A stretch of 64,000 nucleotides of DNA from Clostridia bacterium (GCA_017409765.1 JAFQSA010000044.1:4406-68405); one strand, 5' to 3'. Positions 14,485-24,052 are shown, numbered from the stretch's first letter. Notes: generated by a model from the sequence alone, not told the origin. Program-made: numbers and translations.

Positions 14485-17151
14485 TTATTTGGATGCTTTT
14501 TTCGCTTTTGCATTTTCTACAAGTTTGTCAACAAGTTTGTAGATTTCCATGATTACAACCATTGCAAATGCAAGGCCAACTGCGATAAGCAATTCGTTCC
14601 ATTTCAATGCAACAGTTTGGAAGATACCTGTGTTCAAACCAGGGATGTAAACAACTGCCATTTGAAGAACGAAACCAAGGATAAATGCAAGGTTCAACAT
14701 TTTGTTGTTCAACGTTGTCTTGTGGAAAATTGTGTGTTCACTCTTAACGTTGTAGGAGTGGAACAATTGTGTCAAAGCAAGAGTTACAAACGCCATTGTA
14801 GAACCAATTTTGTGTGCTACTTCTGCATCTGGGCCACCGATAACAGTTTCACCAATGATGTAACTTGTCAACGTCAACAAACCAACGCAAATACCTTCCA
14901 AAACGATGTGCAATGCCAAATTGTTAGCAAAGAAACCTTCTGTCTTTGGACGTGGTTGTTTTAGCATGATTTCGTCATCGGGGGCTTCCATACCAAGACC
15001 AAACGCTGGCAAGGAGTCGGTTACAAGGTTGATCCAAAGCAAGTGGATACTTGCAAGTGGGATACCAAGTTCCCAAGCGGTGTTACCAGTTCTGGTTGCA
15101 ACACCTGTGATGATTGTAGCAAGCAAGATTGTCAAAACTTCACCAATGTTACTGGAAAGGAGGTATTTAACGCACTTGCGGATGTTGTCGTAAATACCAC
15201 GACCTTGCTTAACTGCCTTGATGATAGTGGAGAAGTTGTCGTCTGTCAAAATCATGTCAGCAGCCTCTTTGGATACGTCTGTACCTGTGATACCCATTGC
15301 GCAACCGATGTCCGCCTTTTTGAGTGCTGGGGAGTCGTTTACGCCGTCACCTGTCATAGCAACAACTTTGCCGTGTGCTTGCCAAGCGGTAACGATACGA
15401 ACTTTGTCCTTTGGTGCAACACGTGCATAAACGGAGAACTCTGCAATGTGTTCCATAAGTTCTTCGTCGCTCATGGCGTCAAGTTCTTCGCTGGAAACAG
15501 CGCGTTGACCTTCTTCCAAGATGCCAAGTTGCTTTGCAATAGCACTTGCTGTGATGATGTTGTCACCTGTGATCATTACTGTGCGAACGCCTGCTCTACG
15601 TGCAAGACGGATTGCATCAATAACTTCGGGACGTGGTGGGTCGATCATACCAACAAGACCAATCAGTTCCATGTCGTGTTCAAGGCTGTCGTTAATCTCT
15701 GGCATTTCGTCAAACACTTTGATGCCAAGTGCCAAGCAACGCAATGCGCGGGAGGACATGGAAACAATACCTTCTTCAACGCCGGGCAAAACTTCTGTGT
15801 TTGTCACGCGCTTGAGCATGATATCAGGAGCGCCCTTTGTGATGGATACGTATTTGCCATCAAGTTTAACAACAACTGTCATAAGTTTGCGGTCGCTGTC
15901 AAATGGGATTTCGCCAACGCGTTCGATACCGGAAATATCAATACCGTACTTATTGTTGAGTTCAATCAAAGCAGTTTCGGTTGGGTCACCGATACGCTTT
16001 TCAACGCCATCAACAACTTCGATTTTTGCATCACAGCAAAGAGCAAAGTGGGAGATGAGTTGGTGGTTACTTTCGTCAAGGTCGCTCAAAAGGCTAACTT
16101 TGCCGTTGTCGTAAACTTCCAAAACGGTCATCTTGTTTTGTGTCAACGTACCAGTTTTGTCGGAGCAAACAATACTTGTGGAACCAAGTGTTTCAACTGC
16201 GGGCAATTTCTTTACGATTGCATTTTCCTTTACCATCTTTTGAACACCAATGGACAAAACGATGGTTACAACTGTTGCCAAACCTTCGGGTACGGCAGCA
16301 ACTGCCAAGGATACAGCCAATTTGAAGCAATCTACGATGGATTCGGTGCTACCACCTTCTACCAACAACCAGTCCAAAAGGAACACGCCCACGCAGATAA
16401 AGATGGAGATGATACCAATTGCTTTACCAACTTGTGCAAGTTTGTCTTGTAGTGGTGTAGTTGTTTTCTTTTGAGAGTTGAGCATGCCGGCAATTTTACC
16501 AATTTCCGTTTCCATACCAACTGCAGTAACAACTGCCTTTGCACGTCCCGCTGTGATAAACGTGGAACTAAACAACATGTTCTTGCGGTCGCCAAGCGCT
16601 GCAACGTCGTCTGTGATGGTATCAACAAACTTTGTTACTGGCAAGCTTTCGCCTGTCAAAGCGGATTCGTCCACTTGAAGGTTAACTGCATCAATCAAAC
16701 GTGCGTCCGCTGGGATAAAGTCGCCCGCTTCTACCAAGATGATGTCGCCAACAACAAGTTCGCTACTTGGGATTTGGTCAACCACGCCGTTACGGATAAC
16801 TTTGCAGTTAGGCGAAGACATCTTTTTCAATGCCTCCAACGATTTTTCCGCCTTGCTTTCTTGTGTTACACCCAAAATCGCGTTGAGCATAACAACAACA
16901 AAAATAACAACGCTTTCTACCCATTCGTGTGGGTCAACAATAAGGGAAACAATTGCCGCAATCAACAATATGATGATCAGTACGTCGGTAAATTGTTTCA
17001 GGAACTTGATTATCCAAGGTTCCTTTTTTGTTTCTTGCAGTTCGTTAAGACCATGTTTTTCGCGACTGGCAAGCACTTGCTCAGCGGACAAACCACTCTT
17101 AACGTTGGATTGTAGAAGTTCTACAACCTCAGCGCTACTTTTTTTGTACAT
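14485..17151 (-). CDS. P2-type cation-transporting ATPase (Ca2+/Mn2+ efflux type)
   Basis: Motifs DKTGTLT, PEGL, TGDN and GDGVNDSPALKKADIG. Start ATG 17151 is preceded by GGAGG at 6 nt; the track ORF is 19 codons longer without support. Confidence 0.9.
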   Translation of the reverse strand: MYKKSSAEVVELLQSNVKSGLSAEQVLASREKHGLNELQETKKEPWIIKFLKQFTDVLIIILLIAAIVSLIVDPHEWVESVVIFVVVMLNAILGVTQESKAEKSLEALKKMSSPNCKVIRNGVVDQIPSSELVVGDIILVEAGDFIPADARLIDAVNLQVDESALTGESLPVTKFVDTITDDVAALGDRKNMLFSSTFITAGRAKAVVTAVGMETEIGKIAGMLNSQKKTTTPLQDKLAQVGKAIGIISIFICVGVFLLDWLLVEGGSTESIVDCFKLAVSLAVAAVPEGLATVVTIVLSIGVQKMVKENAIVKKLPAVETLGSTSIVCSDKTGTLTQNKMTVLEVYDNGKVSLLSDLDESNHQLISHFALCCDAKIEVVDGVEKRIGDPTETALIELNNKYGIDISGIERVGEIPFDSDRKLMTVVVKLDGKYVSITKGAPDIMLKRVTNTEVLPGVEEGIVSMSSRALRCLALGIKVFDEMPEINDSLEHDMELIGLVGMIDPPRPEVIDAIRLARRAGVRTVMITGDNIITASAIAKQLGILEEGQRAVSSEELDAMSDEELMEHIAEFSVYARVAPKDKVRIVTAWQAHGKVVAMTGDGVNDSPALKKADIGCAMGITGTDVSKEAADMILTDDNFSTIIKAVKQGRGIYDNIRKCVKYLLSSNIGEVLTILLATIITGVATRTGNTAWELGIPLASIHLLWINLVTDSLPAFGLGMEAPDDEIMLKQPRPKTEGFFANNLALHIVLEGICVGLLTLTSYIIGETVIGGPDAEVAHKIGSTMAFVTLALTQLFHSYNVKSEHTIFHKTTLNNKMLNLAFILGFVLQMAVVYIPGLNTGIFQTVALKWNELLIAVGLAFAMVVIMEIYKLVDKLVENAKAKKASK

Positions 17152-17177
17152 AATGTACCTCCATAAAAATTTTACAA

Positions 17178-17305
17178 TCAAAAAGACCCCATGCGAGTAT
17201 TCGCACAAGGTCTTGCAAAATCAAAATTGATCGTTATGACCGAACTTTCGTTGTGATGACGACCATAACCAAGCACAAAGCTTCTGCTACTCCCCTCAAA
17301 ATAGG
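17178..17305 (-). promoter_or_regulatory. yybP-ykoY (Mn2+) riboswitch with an intrinsic terminator expression platform
   Basis: The minus strand reads ...TTTTGAGGGGAGTAGCAGAAGC...ATCAATTTTGATTTTGCAAGACCTTGTGCGAATACTCGCATGGGGTCTTTTT. The conserved GGGGAGUAGC and UUUnGCAAGACC blocks of the family are present. The AGACC 3' strand is shared with the terminator stem AGACC...GGGTCT followed by a U-run. Confidence 0.65.
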
Positions 17306-17324
17306 ATTCTTTTCAATTGCAATT

Positions 17325-17353
17325 ATTATATATTAAATTTTTGCGATTGTCAA
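17325..17353 (-). promoter_or_regulatory. consensus sigma-A promoter driving the riboswitch and ATPase
   Basis: Minus strand reads TTGACA, 17-nt spacer, TATAAT (both hexamers perfect). Confidence 0.65.
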
Positions 17354-17652
17354 CGCAAAAAAAGCATTTTGCTACATTTACCACTCTATTTATACCAAAG
17401 CCCCAACAATGCCACTTGTTTGTTGTAGTTATGTGCCAAAAACGCACATTTATGCAATATTTCGACACAATTTTCGCTCAAACACCGATACAACCGCCCC
17501 AAAAGCGTCAATAACAACATTACCAAACTCAATCAACACACATCACGTCGCACGCATCCACCAACTCAATACTAACACCAACAAACCAATCGTAGGGCGT
17601 GCGTAACTCTACTATCTACATATTGCACCACAAATCCAATACAACCAACACC

Positions 17653-17679
17653 GTAGGGGAGGGGTTTCCCCTCCCGCAT
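17653..17679 (+). repeat. GTAG-REP hairpin
   Basis: GTAGGGGAGGGGTTTCCCCTCCCGCAT. Confidence 0.8.
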
Positions 17680-17735
17680 CTAACCACCAACCCAATACAA
17701 ACACCAACAAACCCAAACCCAACAAGGAGCTCAAT

Positions 17736-18266
17736 ATGAAAACCCTAGCCGTAGTAACAATCATCGTAGCATTTTTAGCAATCGTATTTTGCGCGCCCGC
17801 CCAAACCAACACGCAATTTTTGCGTATACATATCCGTGCAGACAGCAACGACCAAGCCGACCAAGACGTCAAGTACCTTGTCAAAAATGCCGTTGTCAAC
17901 TATCTTGCGCCACATCTCGCAAACGCCACGACCAAACAAAAAGCAATGCAAATTGTGGAGCAACAAATGGAAAATATCCAACACGTGTGTCAAAAAACGT
18001 TACAAAACAACGGCTTTACCTACTCGGCAAAGGTCAAACTTTGCAAGGAAGCTTTTCCCGATCGCAGTTACAATGGCGTAACTTTGCCACAGGGTGTGTA
18101 CGATGCGCTCATCATCGAACTGGGCAGCGCCCAAGGTAACAACTGGTGGTGCGTGGTGTATCCTCCATTATGTTTTGTCGGCGCGGAAAACAACGGCACA
18201 AACACAATCGTGTTCCAAAGCAAACTTGTGGAAATTGTCAACCAATGGATGGCAAACAACAAGTAG
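17736..18266 (+). CDS. spoIIR: stage II sporulation protein R
   Basis: Signal peptide, then LRIHIRADSNDQADQDVKYLVKNAV and GNNWWCVVYPPLCF signatures. AAGGAG RBS. Confidence 0.85.
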   Translation: MKTLAVVTIIVAFLAIVFCAPAQTNTQFLRIHIRADSNDQADQDVKYLVKNAVVNYLAPHLANATTKQKAMQIVEQQMENIQHVCQKTLQNNGFTYSAKVKLCKEAFPDRSYNGVTLPQGVYDALIIELGSAQGNNWWCVVYPPLCFVGAENNGTNTIVFQSKLVEIVNQWMANNK

Positions 18267-18434
18267 TATTTTTCAAAAAACAACCACGTATCCGCGAAAA
18301 ATCACTTATTTCCCATTGAATTGTTGGAGATTTCGCGCTGATATTTGTTGTTTATTGCATCAAAAATTGACTATCAACAACACAAATACATATCACTTAT
18401 ACGGTGTCACAACCAATTTTATTTCGTCAATAAC

Positions 18435-18460
18435 GTAGGGGCGACCTGTGGTCGTCCGTC
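18435..18460 (+). repeat. GTAG-REP hairpin (variant stem)
   Basis: GTAGGGGCGACCTGTGGTCGTCCGTC. Confidence 0.6.
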
Positions 18461-18479
18461 AAACCAAGCAATTCAAAAC

Positions 18480-18509
18480 GCATAATTTTCCTCCTGCAAT
18501 GGCATACTA
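18480..18509 (+). promoter_or_regulatory. forespore (sigma-G/F-type) promoter candidate for sleB-ypeB
   Basis: GCATAA, 17-nt spacer, CATACTA. This fits the Bacillus sigma-G consensus (GnATA / CATnnTA), and sleB-ypeB is sigma-G dependent in B. subtilis. Confidence 0.45.
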
Positions 18510-18536
18510 ACCAAAATGTCTAAGGAGGATTTTTTT

Positions 18537-19238
18537 GTGTCACAAACAAACAAAGTAAAACTTACTGCCTTTGTTTTGGCGCTTGTGACAGTTGCAACGC
18601 TTGCCTTTGCTGTGTCGTTGCCTCGTGCTGATGCTGCCGTAGTCAAGGTGGGCTCTCGCGGACAAACTGTCAAAACTATTCAAACCAAACTCAAGCGCTG
18701 GGGCTACTACAAGGGCAACGTCGATGGTATTTTCGGTAGCCAAACCAAGTCTGCCGTGCAATATTTCCAACGCAAAAACGGCCTAGTTGTGGATGGTATC
18801 GTGGGCAAAGCCACGGCTCGCGCAATGGGTGTTACCCTTTCCGGCACGACAAGTAGCGGTGGTTCCACCAATGCTGGGGGACTGTCCAACTCCGACTTGT
18901 ACCTACTTTCCTGCTGTGTCTACGGCGAGGCCCGTGGCGAAAGTTACACAGGCAAGGTTGCCGTTGCCGCGGTGGTTTTGAACCGCATCAAAAGTAGCAA
19001 ATTTCCCAACACCGTTAGCGGTGTTATTTACCAAAAGGGCGCATTTACCTGTGTTGCCGATGGCCAAATCAACCTTGGCACCAACGACGAGTGCACTCGT
19101 GCCGCCCAAGATGCCTTGAACGGCTGGGATCCAACCGGTGGCGCGCTGTACTACTTCAATCCACAAACCGCCACAAGCGCGTGGATTTGGTCACGGCCAC
19201 AACTAGTCACAATCGGCCGTCACATCTTTTGTGCGTGA
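18537..19238 (+). CDS. sleB: spore cortex-lytic enzyme SleB
   Basis: GTG start 8 nt after AAGGAGG; the track ATG at 18516 contains the SD itself. Signal peptide, PG_binding_1 repeat and SleB/CwlJ hydrolase core (GEARGESYTGKVAVAAVVLNRI). Confidence 0.85.
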   Translation: MSQTNKVKLTAFVLALVTVATLAFAVSLPRADAAVVKVGSRGQTVKTIQTKLKRWGYYKGNVDGIFGSQTKSAVQYFQRKNGLVVDGIVGKATARAMGVTLSGTTSSGGSTNAGGLSNSDLYLLSCCVYGEARGESYTGKVAVAAVVLNRIKSSKFPNTVSGVIYQKGAFTCVADGQINLGTNDECTRAAQDALNGWDPTGGALYYFNPQTATSAWIWSRPQLVTIGRHIFCA

Positions 19239-19246
19239 GGTGAACC

Positions 19247-20584
19247 ATGGTCAAAAGTAGCAAAGTAAAATCATTTTGGATTGCCTTTTTCGCAATCTTG
19301 TTCGTGATTGCCACAATTTGTGGCACGTACCACGCAATTTCCATGCAAAACGCCTTGAGGCACGTCAAAATGTCGGTAATCGACGACGAAAACGTCTACA
19401 AAATCGGCATGGAAAACACCCAAAAACAAAGTTTGTACTTGGTGTGTGACGCTCTCAAAAACATGGATGCCAACCTCGGCAAAGTGGCTGTTTCCAACGA
19501 CACATCGCATCAAGCGGAACTTTTGACGGACGTTGCCATCTGCGCAAGCGAAGTGTCCTGTCAACTTGCCAACTTGCCCATCGAAACAAACGATGTCCTT
19601 GCCAAGTGCGAAAAGTTTGCCAACCAAACGCAGGACTACGCCACCTACCTTGTGGGCAGGATTGCAAGCGCAAACCAACTGCAACAGGATGAGCGTTGCG
19701 CTCTTAAAAACCTACAACGTGTCGCAAAAAACATGTACGACGTGTTCCAAAACTATGCGGAAAGTGATTCGGCAATGTTCATCACAAACGGCACAGGAGT
19801 GAGCGGTGTTGGCGATTTGACGACAATGTTGAAGGGCGTCAAGGACGATGCCTTCACCTACGAAAAACTCATCTACGACGGTCCATTTTCCGATTCGGTC
19901 GAGCAAAAACACATCACGTGTACGCAAAAAATCAGCCACAAGCAGGGTAGCGATATCGTCAAAAAGCACTTTGGCGAAAACAAGTTCGTGCGCGAGATTG
20001 CTCAAAAATGCCCATTGTACGTCTACCAAACGCAAAAGGGCGAAGTAACTTTAACAAGCGATGGCCGTGTTGTCGAGTACGAAGCAACGCAAGTTTTTGA
20101 TGGCAAAAAATCTTTGGACGGCAAGCAATGCATCGCCAAGGCGGAAGAGTTTTGCCAAGCGCTCGGCTACAACGTCAAGGGCATTTGGGTAAGTAACGTG
20201 CAGGACTACGTAACCTACGTCAACTGCGCAACGGTGGTGGATGACGTCATCGTCTACCCCGAACTAATCAAGGTGGCTGTGGACACATCCAACGGCCAAA
20301 TTGTCGGCCTCGAGGCAAAGAGTTATCTCATAAATCACAAGTCGCGCCAAGTGGATTTTGGCACAACAAGCCAAAGCGATTGCCAAAAGCAGTTGGACAA
20401 ATCCCTTCGCGTAACCAACGTTGCCAAGAGCCTGATCGAAATCAAGGGCAAGGAACACTTCGCCTACGAATTCGAGTGCACCGATGGCACAAATCAGTAC
20501 TACGTGTACGTGGATAGCCACACCGGCAAGGAAGTGCAAATCTTCAAAGTGATTGCCAATACCGAAGGCCACACCGTGATGTAA
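19247..20584 (+). CDS. ypeB: germination protein YpeB
   Basis: 445 aa with an N-terminal TM helix. It follows sleB by 8 nt (conserved sleB-ypeB pair), and the C-terminal half is PepSY-like. Confidence 0.85.
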   Translation: MVKSSKVKSFWIAFFAILFVIATICGTYHAISMQNALRHVKMSVIDDENVYKIGMENTQKQSLYLVCDALKNMDANLGKVAVSNDTSHQAELLTDVAICASEVSCQLANLPIETNDVLAKCEKFANQTQDYATYLVGRIASANQLQQDERCALKNLQRVAKNMYDVFQNYAESDSAMFITNGTGVSGVGDLTTMLKGVKDDAFTYEKLIYDGPFSDSVEQKHITCTQKISHKQGSDIVKKHFGENKFVREIAQKCPLYVYQTQKGEVTLTSDGRVVEYEATQVFDGKKSLDGKQCIAKAEEFCQALGYNVKGIWVSNVQDYVTYVNCATVVDDVIVYPELIKVAVDTSNGQIVGLEAKSYLINHKSRQVDFGTTSQSDCQKQLDKSLRVTNVAKSLIEIKGKEHFAYEFECTDGTNQYYVYVDSHTGKEVQIFKVIANTEGHTVM

Positions 20585-20613
20585 TTATTGCAAATGCAAT
20601 GTCTATCAACACC

Positions 20614-21135
20614 GTAGGGCCCCTCCCGTATATTTATAACAACTGCTCAATTATACCGCAGTAACGGAATGTAGGTCAATGGTTTACTCTAGCAGATATT
20701 GTAGGGGCGGATTGCATATCCGCCCGCATATTACCAACTGCTTAATCAAACCGAACTAAACGGAATGTAGGGCGGGGGGTTTACTCCCGCCGAAATCTCA
20801 AATGCACATCCTTATCAAGGCTCCCACTTTGGGGGAGCTCCTGCGTAAGCAGGTGAGAGGGCAAACAAAAACAGTATACCCCCTCTCAGTCACTATGGTG
20901 CCAGCTCTCCCCCACGGAGAGCCTTTTCAATATGTCGTGTAGGGCAAGGCCTGCTCCCGCCGAAATATTTAATATCGTTTTCGATATGTGATGTGTTATC
21001 GTAAGTGATAAAAAAGCCTCCCTTGTGTAAAGGGAGGTGGATTGCGTAGCAAGACGGAGGGATTGTAGGGGAGGCTATCAGCCTCCCGCATACAACCACT
21101 TACCTTTTCAACGGGAGGATACTATCCTCCCCTAC
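20614..21135 (+). repeat. dense mosaic of GTAG-REP hairpins (7 forward, 1 inverted) interleaved with the composite repeat
   Basis: Units at 20614-20631, 20671-20697, 20701-20729, 20767-20796, 20939-20966 and 21065-21091, plus an inverted copy at 21113-21135. Confidence 0.8.
20819..20923. repeat. inverted pair of the composite two-hairpin repeat (MITE-like palindrome)
   Basis: GGCTCCCACTTTGGGGGAGCTCCTGCGTAAGCAGGTGAGAGGGC, 18 nt, then CCCTCTCAGTCACTATGGTGCCAGCTCTCCCCCACGGAGAGCC. Confidence 0.75.
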
Positions 21136-21148
21136 AAACAAAATCACA

Positions 21149-21177
21149 CAAAAAAATGGGACGGAAAATTCCGTCCC
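21149..21177 (-). terminator. terminator of hydrolase-membrane paralog 1
   Basis: GGGACGGAAttttCCGTCCC followed on the minus strand by ATTTTTTT. Confidence 0.75.
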
Positions 21178-21229
21178 ATCAAAAATTTTATGTAATTTTT
21201 ATGCCGAGATTGGTCTAAACCTAATCTAA

Positions 21230-23596
21230 TTAAGCACCGTATGTCCAAGCAACTGCGCCTTGGATGGATGTGTTTGCGCAACCGATGATTGTCATCAAAG
21301 CAGCGTTTACAAGACCAGCGAGCCAAGCATTGCCTGTACGTACGTAGATACGACGTGCCATTACTGTTGCGATTGCAATAGATGGGATCATTGGGAATGC
21401 GTGGATGTAGTGCATGTTGTTGGAAGCGTGGATCATAGCGCCGTTGTTGATGAAGTAGTTGTTAGCATGCCATACAATGATCATGAAACCAGCTACGTTG
21501 AATACAACGTTGATAGCGATTGTAGCCCATTCTGGAAGGTCTTTTACTCTGTAACCTTGAGCAAGTGCTGCCATGGTGATGTAGTAGAATGCGAAGAATG
21601 GGATGTACTTCATCATGCTTGCGATACGTTCAAAGTTGAATACTCTTGGACCGAATACCCAAACTTGGTGTTGAACAGTGAATGTTCTCCAGATGAGATC
21701 AACTGCACTGTAGAATACGATAACAAGGATAGCTGCAAGAACGATTGTCTTGAGAGCGTTACCAAAGCTACGGATTCTGAAACCAGCAAATGGAGCTTCG
21801 TCGTGAGCAGCGTAGTCATCGCCGTATTTAACAACGTTGATGATGTGGTTAACAAGCCAGATAAGACCAGTTACGATCAACGCGAAGATAGCACACATGA
21901 TACCCCAAGCAGCCATCTTACCCATGTTTACATAGATAAAGCCTTCTGCAGCGTTATCAAGGAGTTGGTCAAGACCAAGCTTGCTGTACCAGTTACCTTC
22001 AGCAACAAGGTTGTGGAAGGAAACAGCACCAAAGATTGTTGTGAGGAGACCACCAAGCCAGTAAGATACGTGCTTGCGAGGACGTGTCAAGAGAACTGGA
22101 GCTTCAGCAGGTTCACCCTTCAAGGATGCAAATGTCTTGGATTGAAGCAACAAGTCAAGGATTGGAAGAAGCATTGCGAACAAACCAAGGATACCGAAAG
22201 CGGAGCAAACTTCTTTCATCCACCATGTTTGGTTTGTAGGAGCTTTGTAGTTGTAACCATCAACAACACCAAATGCGTTGTAGAAGAAGTCAATTACGTG
22301 AGCAGCTGTTTGTGTGGAGCAGTGGTTCATTGGGTGAGTTTCTTTTGCTTCGTAAACGGCACGGATTTGTTGTGTGCTGGAAGCAAGTGCTGCGCCCTTG
22401 TTTGCTACGGATGCAAGTTTGCGGCCGTCTGGTTGAGCGATGAGTTTGCCACCAGCGTAGATACCGCCGTTAACTGTTGCCCAATCGTCGTCAGGTGTTG
22501 GATCAATACCACGTGTAAATTTGAAAGCAGGTTTGGATTGCAAGTAGTAGTATGTGTTACCACTTGTTGTGAACGCGTAGTATTTACCACCCTTAACGTA
22601 CTTTGTAGCTTGAACGTATTCGTCACCCTTCTTAACGAAGAAGTTACCAACGTTGTCTTCGTTAACAGCACTGCTGTGTTGAAGAACGTATGTCTTTTCT
22701 TTAAGTTGAGAACCGCCGTAGAAGAATTCGTCAGCGTTACCTTTTACAAGACCAGCAGCAATGATGTTTGTGGATTGCAAAGCACCAGTTGGAGCGCCAG
22801 CAGCTTGAACGAGGTAAGCAGATACGATACCCATTGCTTTACCAGCTTTGAAGTTAGCATCTGTTTGGTTCTTAGCTGTTTGAGAGTCCAAAGAAAGAAC
22901 GTTTGTTGTGGAGTAACCACCCATGGAGTGACCAGATACACCAATGCGAGCTTTGTCTACTTCTGGAAGGTTGTAGCAGTACTTAGCAGCATCCAAGTGA
23001 GTTGTATCGAAGAAGCTGGATGTACCAGATGTGTTGTGACCGTGGTTGTGTTGGTCGATGATTACAACAACGTATCCACGACGAACAAGTTCGATAGCGT
23101 TTTGGATTTGCATTTCGCGGTTGTTGTACAAACCGTGGGAGAATACTACAGCTGGGCGAGAACCTGGTTCAGCCTTCTTAGGTCTGAAGAGAACACCAGA
23201 GATAACTTTACCGTTAACTGCGTAATCCTTAGTTTGAACGTCACCAACAGTTTCGTATTCTGTTACGATTTCTGTCTTAACTTTCCAACCAGTTACCTTA
23301 CCATTGGAGTCGAGTTCTGGTTCCAAAACAGGGTCACCATTAGCATCGAGAACGGGAACTTCCTTTGTGATTGGGTTACCGCTAGCGTCGAGCTTTGGAA
23401 CTTGCTTTGTACCATTTGTTGTGGTAAGCGTCTTTGTGCCTTTGTTTGTTGCATTACGCAAATCTTCAACTGTGTAACGCCATCCAGCAGTTTGGATGTA
23501 GGAACCAAGAAGAGTCGCGAGAAGCACAACAGCAACACAAATTGCCAATGTGATCAAAATGCGCTTTTGACGTGCGCCTTGACTTTGATTTGACAT
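21230..23596 (-). CDS. membrane-anchored alpha/beta-hydrolase fused to a C-terminal polytopic membrane domain (paralog 1)
   Basis: ATG 23596 lies 7 nt after GGAGGA. N-terminal TM helix, nucleophile elbow GVSGHSMGG, HPMNH near the end of the hydrolase domain, then about 8 predicted TM helices. Confidence 0.85.
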   Translation of the reverse strand: MSNQSQGARQKRILITLAICVAVVLLATLLGSYIQTAGWRYTVEDLRNATNKGTKTLTTTNGTKQVPKLDASGNPITKEVPVLDANGDPVLEPELDSNGKVTGWKVKTEIVTEYETVGDVQTKDYAVNGKVISGVLFRPKKAEPGSRPAVVFSHGLYNNREMQIQNAIELVRRGYVVVIIDQHNHGHNTSGTSSFFDTTHLDAAKYCYNLPEVDKARIGVSGHSMGGYSTTNVLSLDSQTAKNQTDANFKAGKAMGIVSAYLVQAAGAPTGALQSTNIIAAGLVKGNADEFFYGGSQLKEKTYVLQHSSAVNEDNVGNFFVKKGDEYVQATKYVKGGKYYAFTTSGNTYYYLQSKPAFKFTRGIDPTPDDDWATVNGGIYAGGKLIAQPDGRKLASVANKGAALASSTQQIRAVYEAKETHPMNHCSTQTAAHVIDFFYNAFGVVDGYNYKAPTNQTWWMKEVCSAFGILGLFAMLLPILDLLLQSKTFASLKGEPAEAPVLLTRPRKHVSYWLGGLLTTIFGAVSFHNLVAEGNWYSKLGLDQLLDNAAEGFIYVNMGKMAAWGIMCAIFALIVTGLIWLVNHIINVVKYGDDYAAHDEAPFAGFRIRSFGNALKTIVLAAILVIVFYSAVDLIWRTFTVQHQVWVFGPRVFNFERIASMMKYIPFFAFYYITMAALAQGYRVKDLPEWATIAINVVFNVAGFMIIVWHANNYFINNGAMIHASNNMHYIHAFPMIPSIAIATVMARRIYVRTGNAWLAGLVNAALMTIIGCANTSIQGAVAWTYGA

Positions 23597-23625
23597 TATC
23601 AAATCCTCCTATAAAAAATATTTTT

Positions 23626-23653
23626 TATATACCTGCTTGCTCTGCACAAGCAA
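23626..23653 (-). promoter_or_regulatory. promoter candidate of paralog 1
   Basis: Minus strand reads TTGCTT, 16-nt spacer, TATATA, preceded by the conserved TTGATACTTTTTG. The same layout occurs upstream of paralog 2. Confidence 0.4.
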
Positions 23654-24024
23654 AAAGTATCAACTTTAGGTAAACTTTCCGTTTACAAATAAAAAAAGCA
23701 AACCGAACCAATTTCAATGTAGACTAATACAACTTTTACATATTCAATTGGTTGTTTGCTCCCCTTTAGTCGAGCTGTTTTTTTCAGCCCAAATTAAACC
23801 TACCAAGATTATACAATATTGATTTTCCAATTTCAATAGGTTTTTGAAAATTTTTTCGAAAAATATTAAACTTTTTTTGAAAAAAAGCCAAATTTCGACA
23901 ACTTATTTGCGAAAAACGAACGAACGTATAGCACCGTTCAATATTACAGTAATGTTATACTGATTTTTTTTGGGGGCGTTGATACCAAAGCAATATTTTG
24001 CAAACAAGATATTGCTATGCAATG

Positions 24025-24052
24025 CAAAAAAATGGGGCGATCAAGTCGCCCC
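24025..24052 (-). terminator. terminator of hydrolase-membrane paralog 2
   Basis: GGGGCGActtgaTCGCCCC followed on the minus strand by ATTTTTTT. The flanking CATCAAAAATTTTATGTAATTTTTAT is shared with the paralog 1 3' region. Confidence 0.75.

Noticed and set aside
17612-17899. 95-aa minus-strand ORF overlapping the spoIIR start and a REP.
   Set aside because: It is antisense to spoIIR and reads through a REP hairpin, with no SD.
20893-21326. Small minus-strand ORFs 20893-21099 and 21144-21326.
   Set aside because: They lie entirely within the repeat mosaic and terminator or overlap the 3' end of paralog 1. There is no SD, and the frames are generated by GC-rich hairpin repeats.
21260-23593. 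777-aa plus-strand ORF antisense to hydrolase paralog 1. Analogous long antisense ORFs occur at 6719-7726, 7822-8763, 15043-16452, 33819-34943, 45079-45822 and 61032-62045.
   Set aside because: All are mirror frames of well-supported genes, lack SDs and have aberrant Cys/Val-rich composition. They were treated collectively as a signature of strong codon bias, not overlapping genes.
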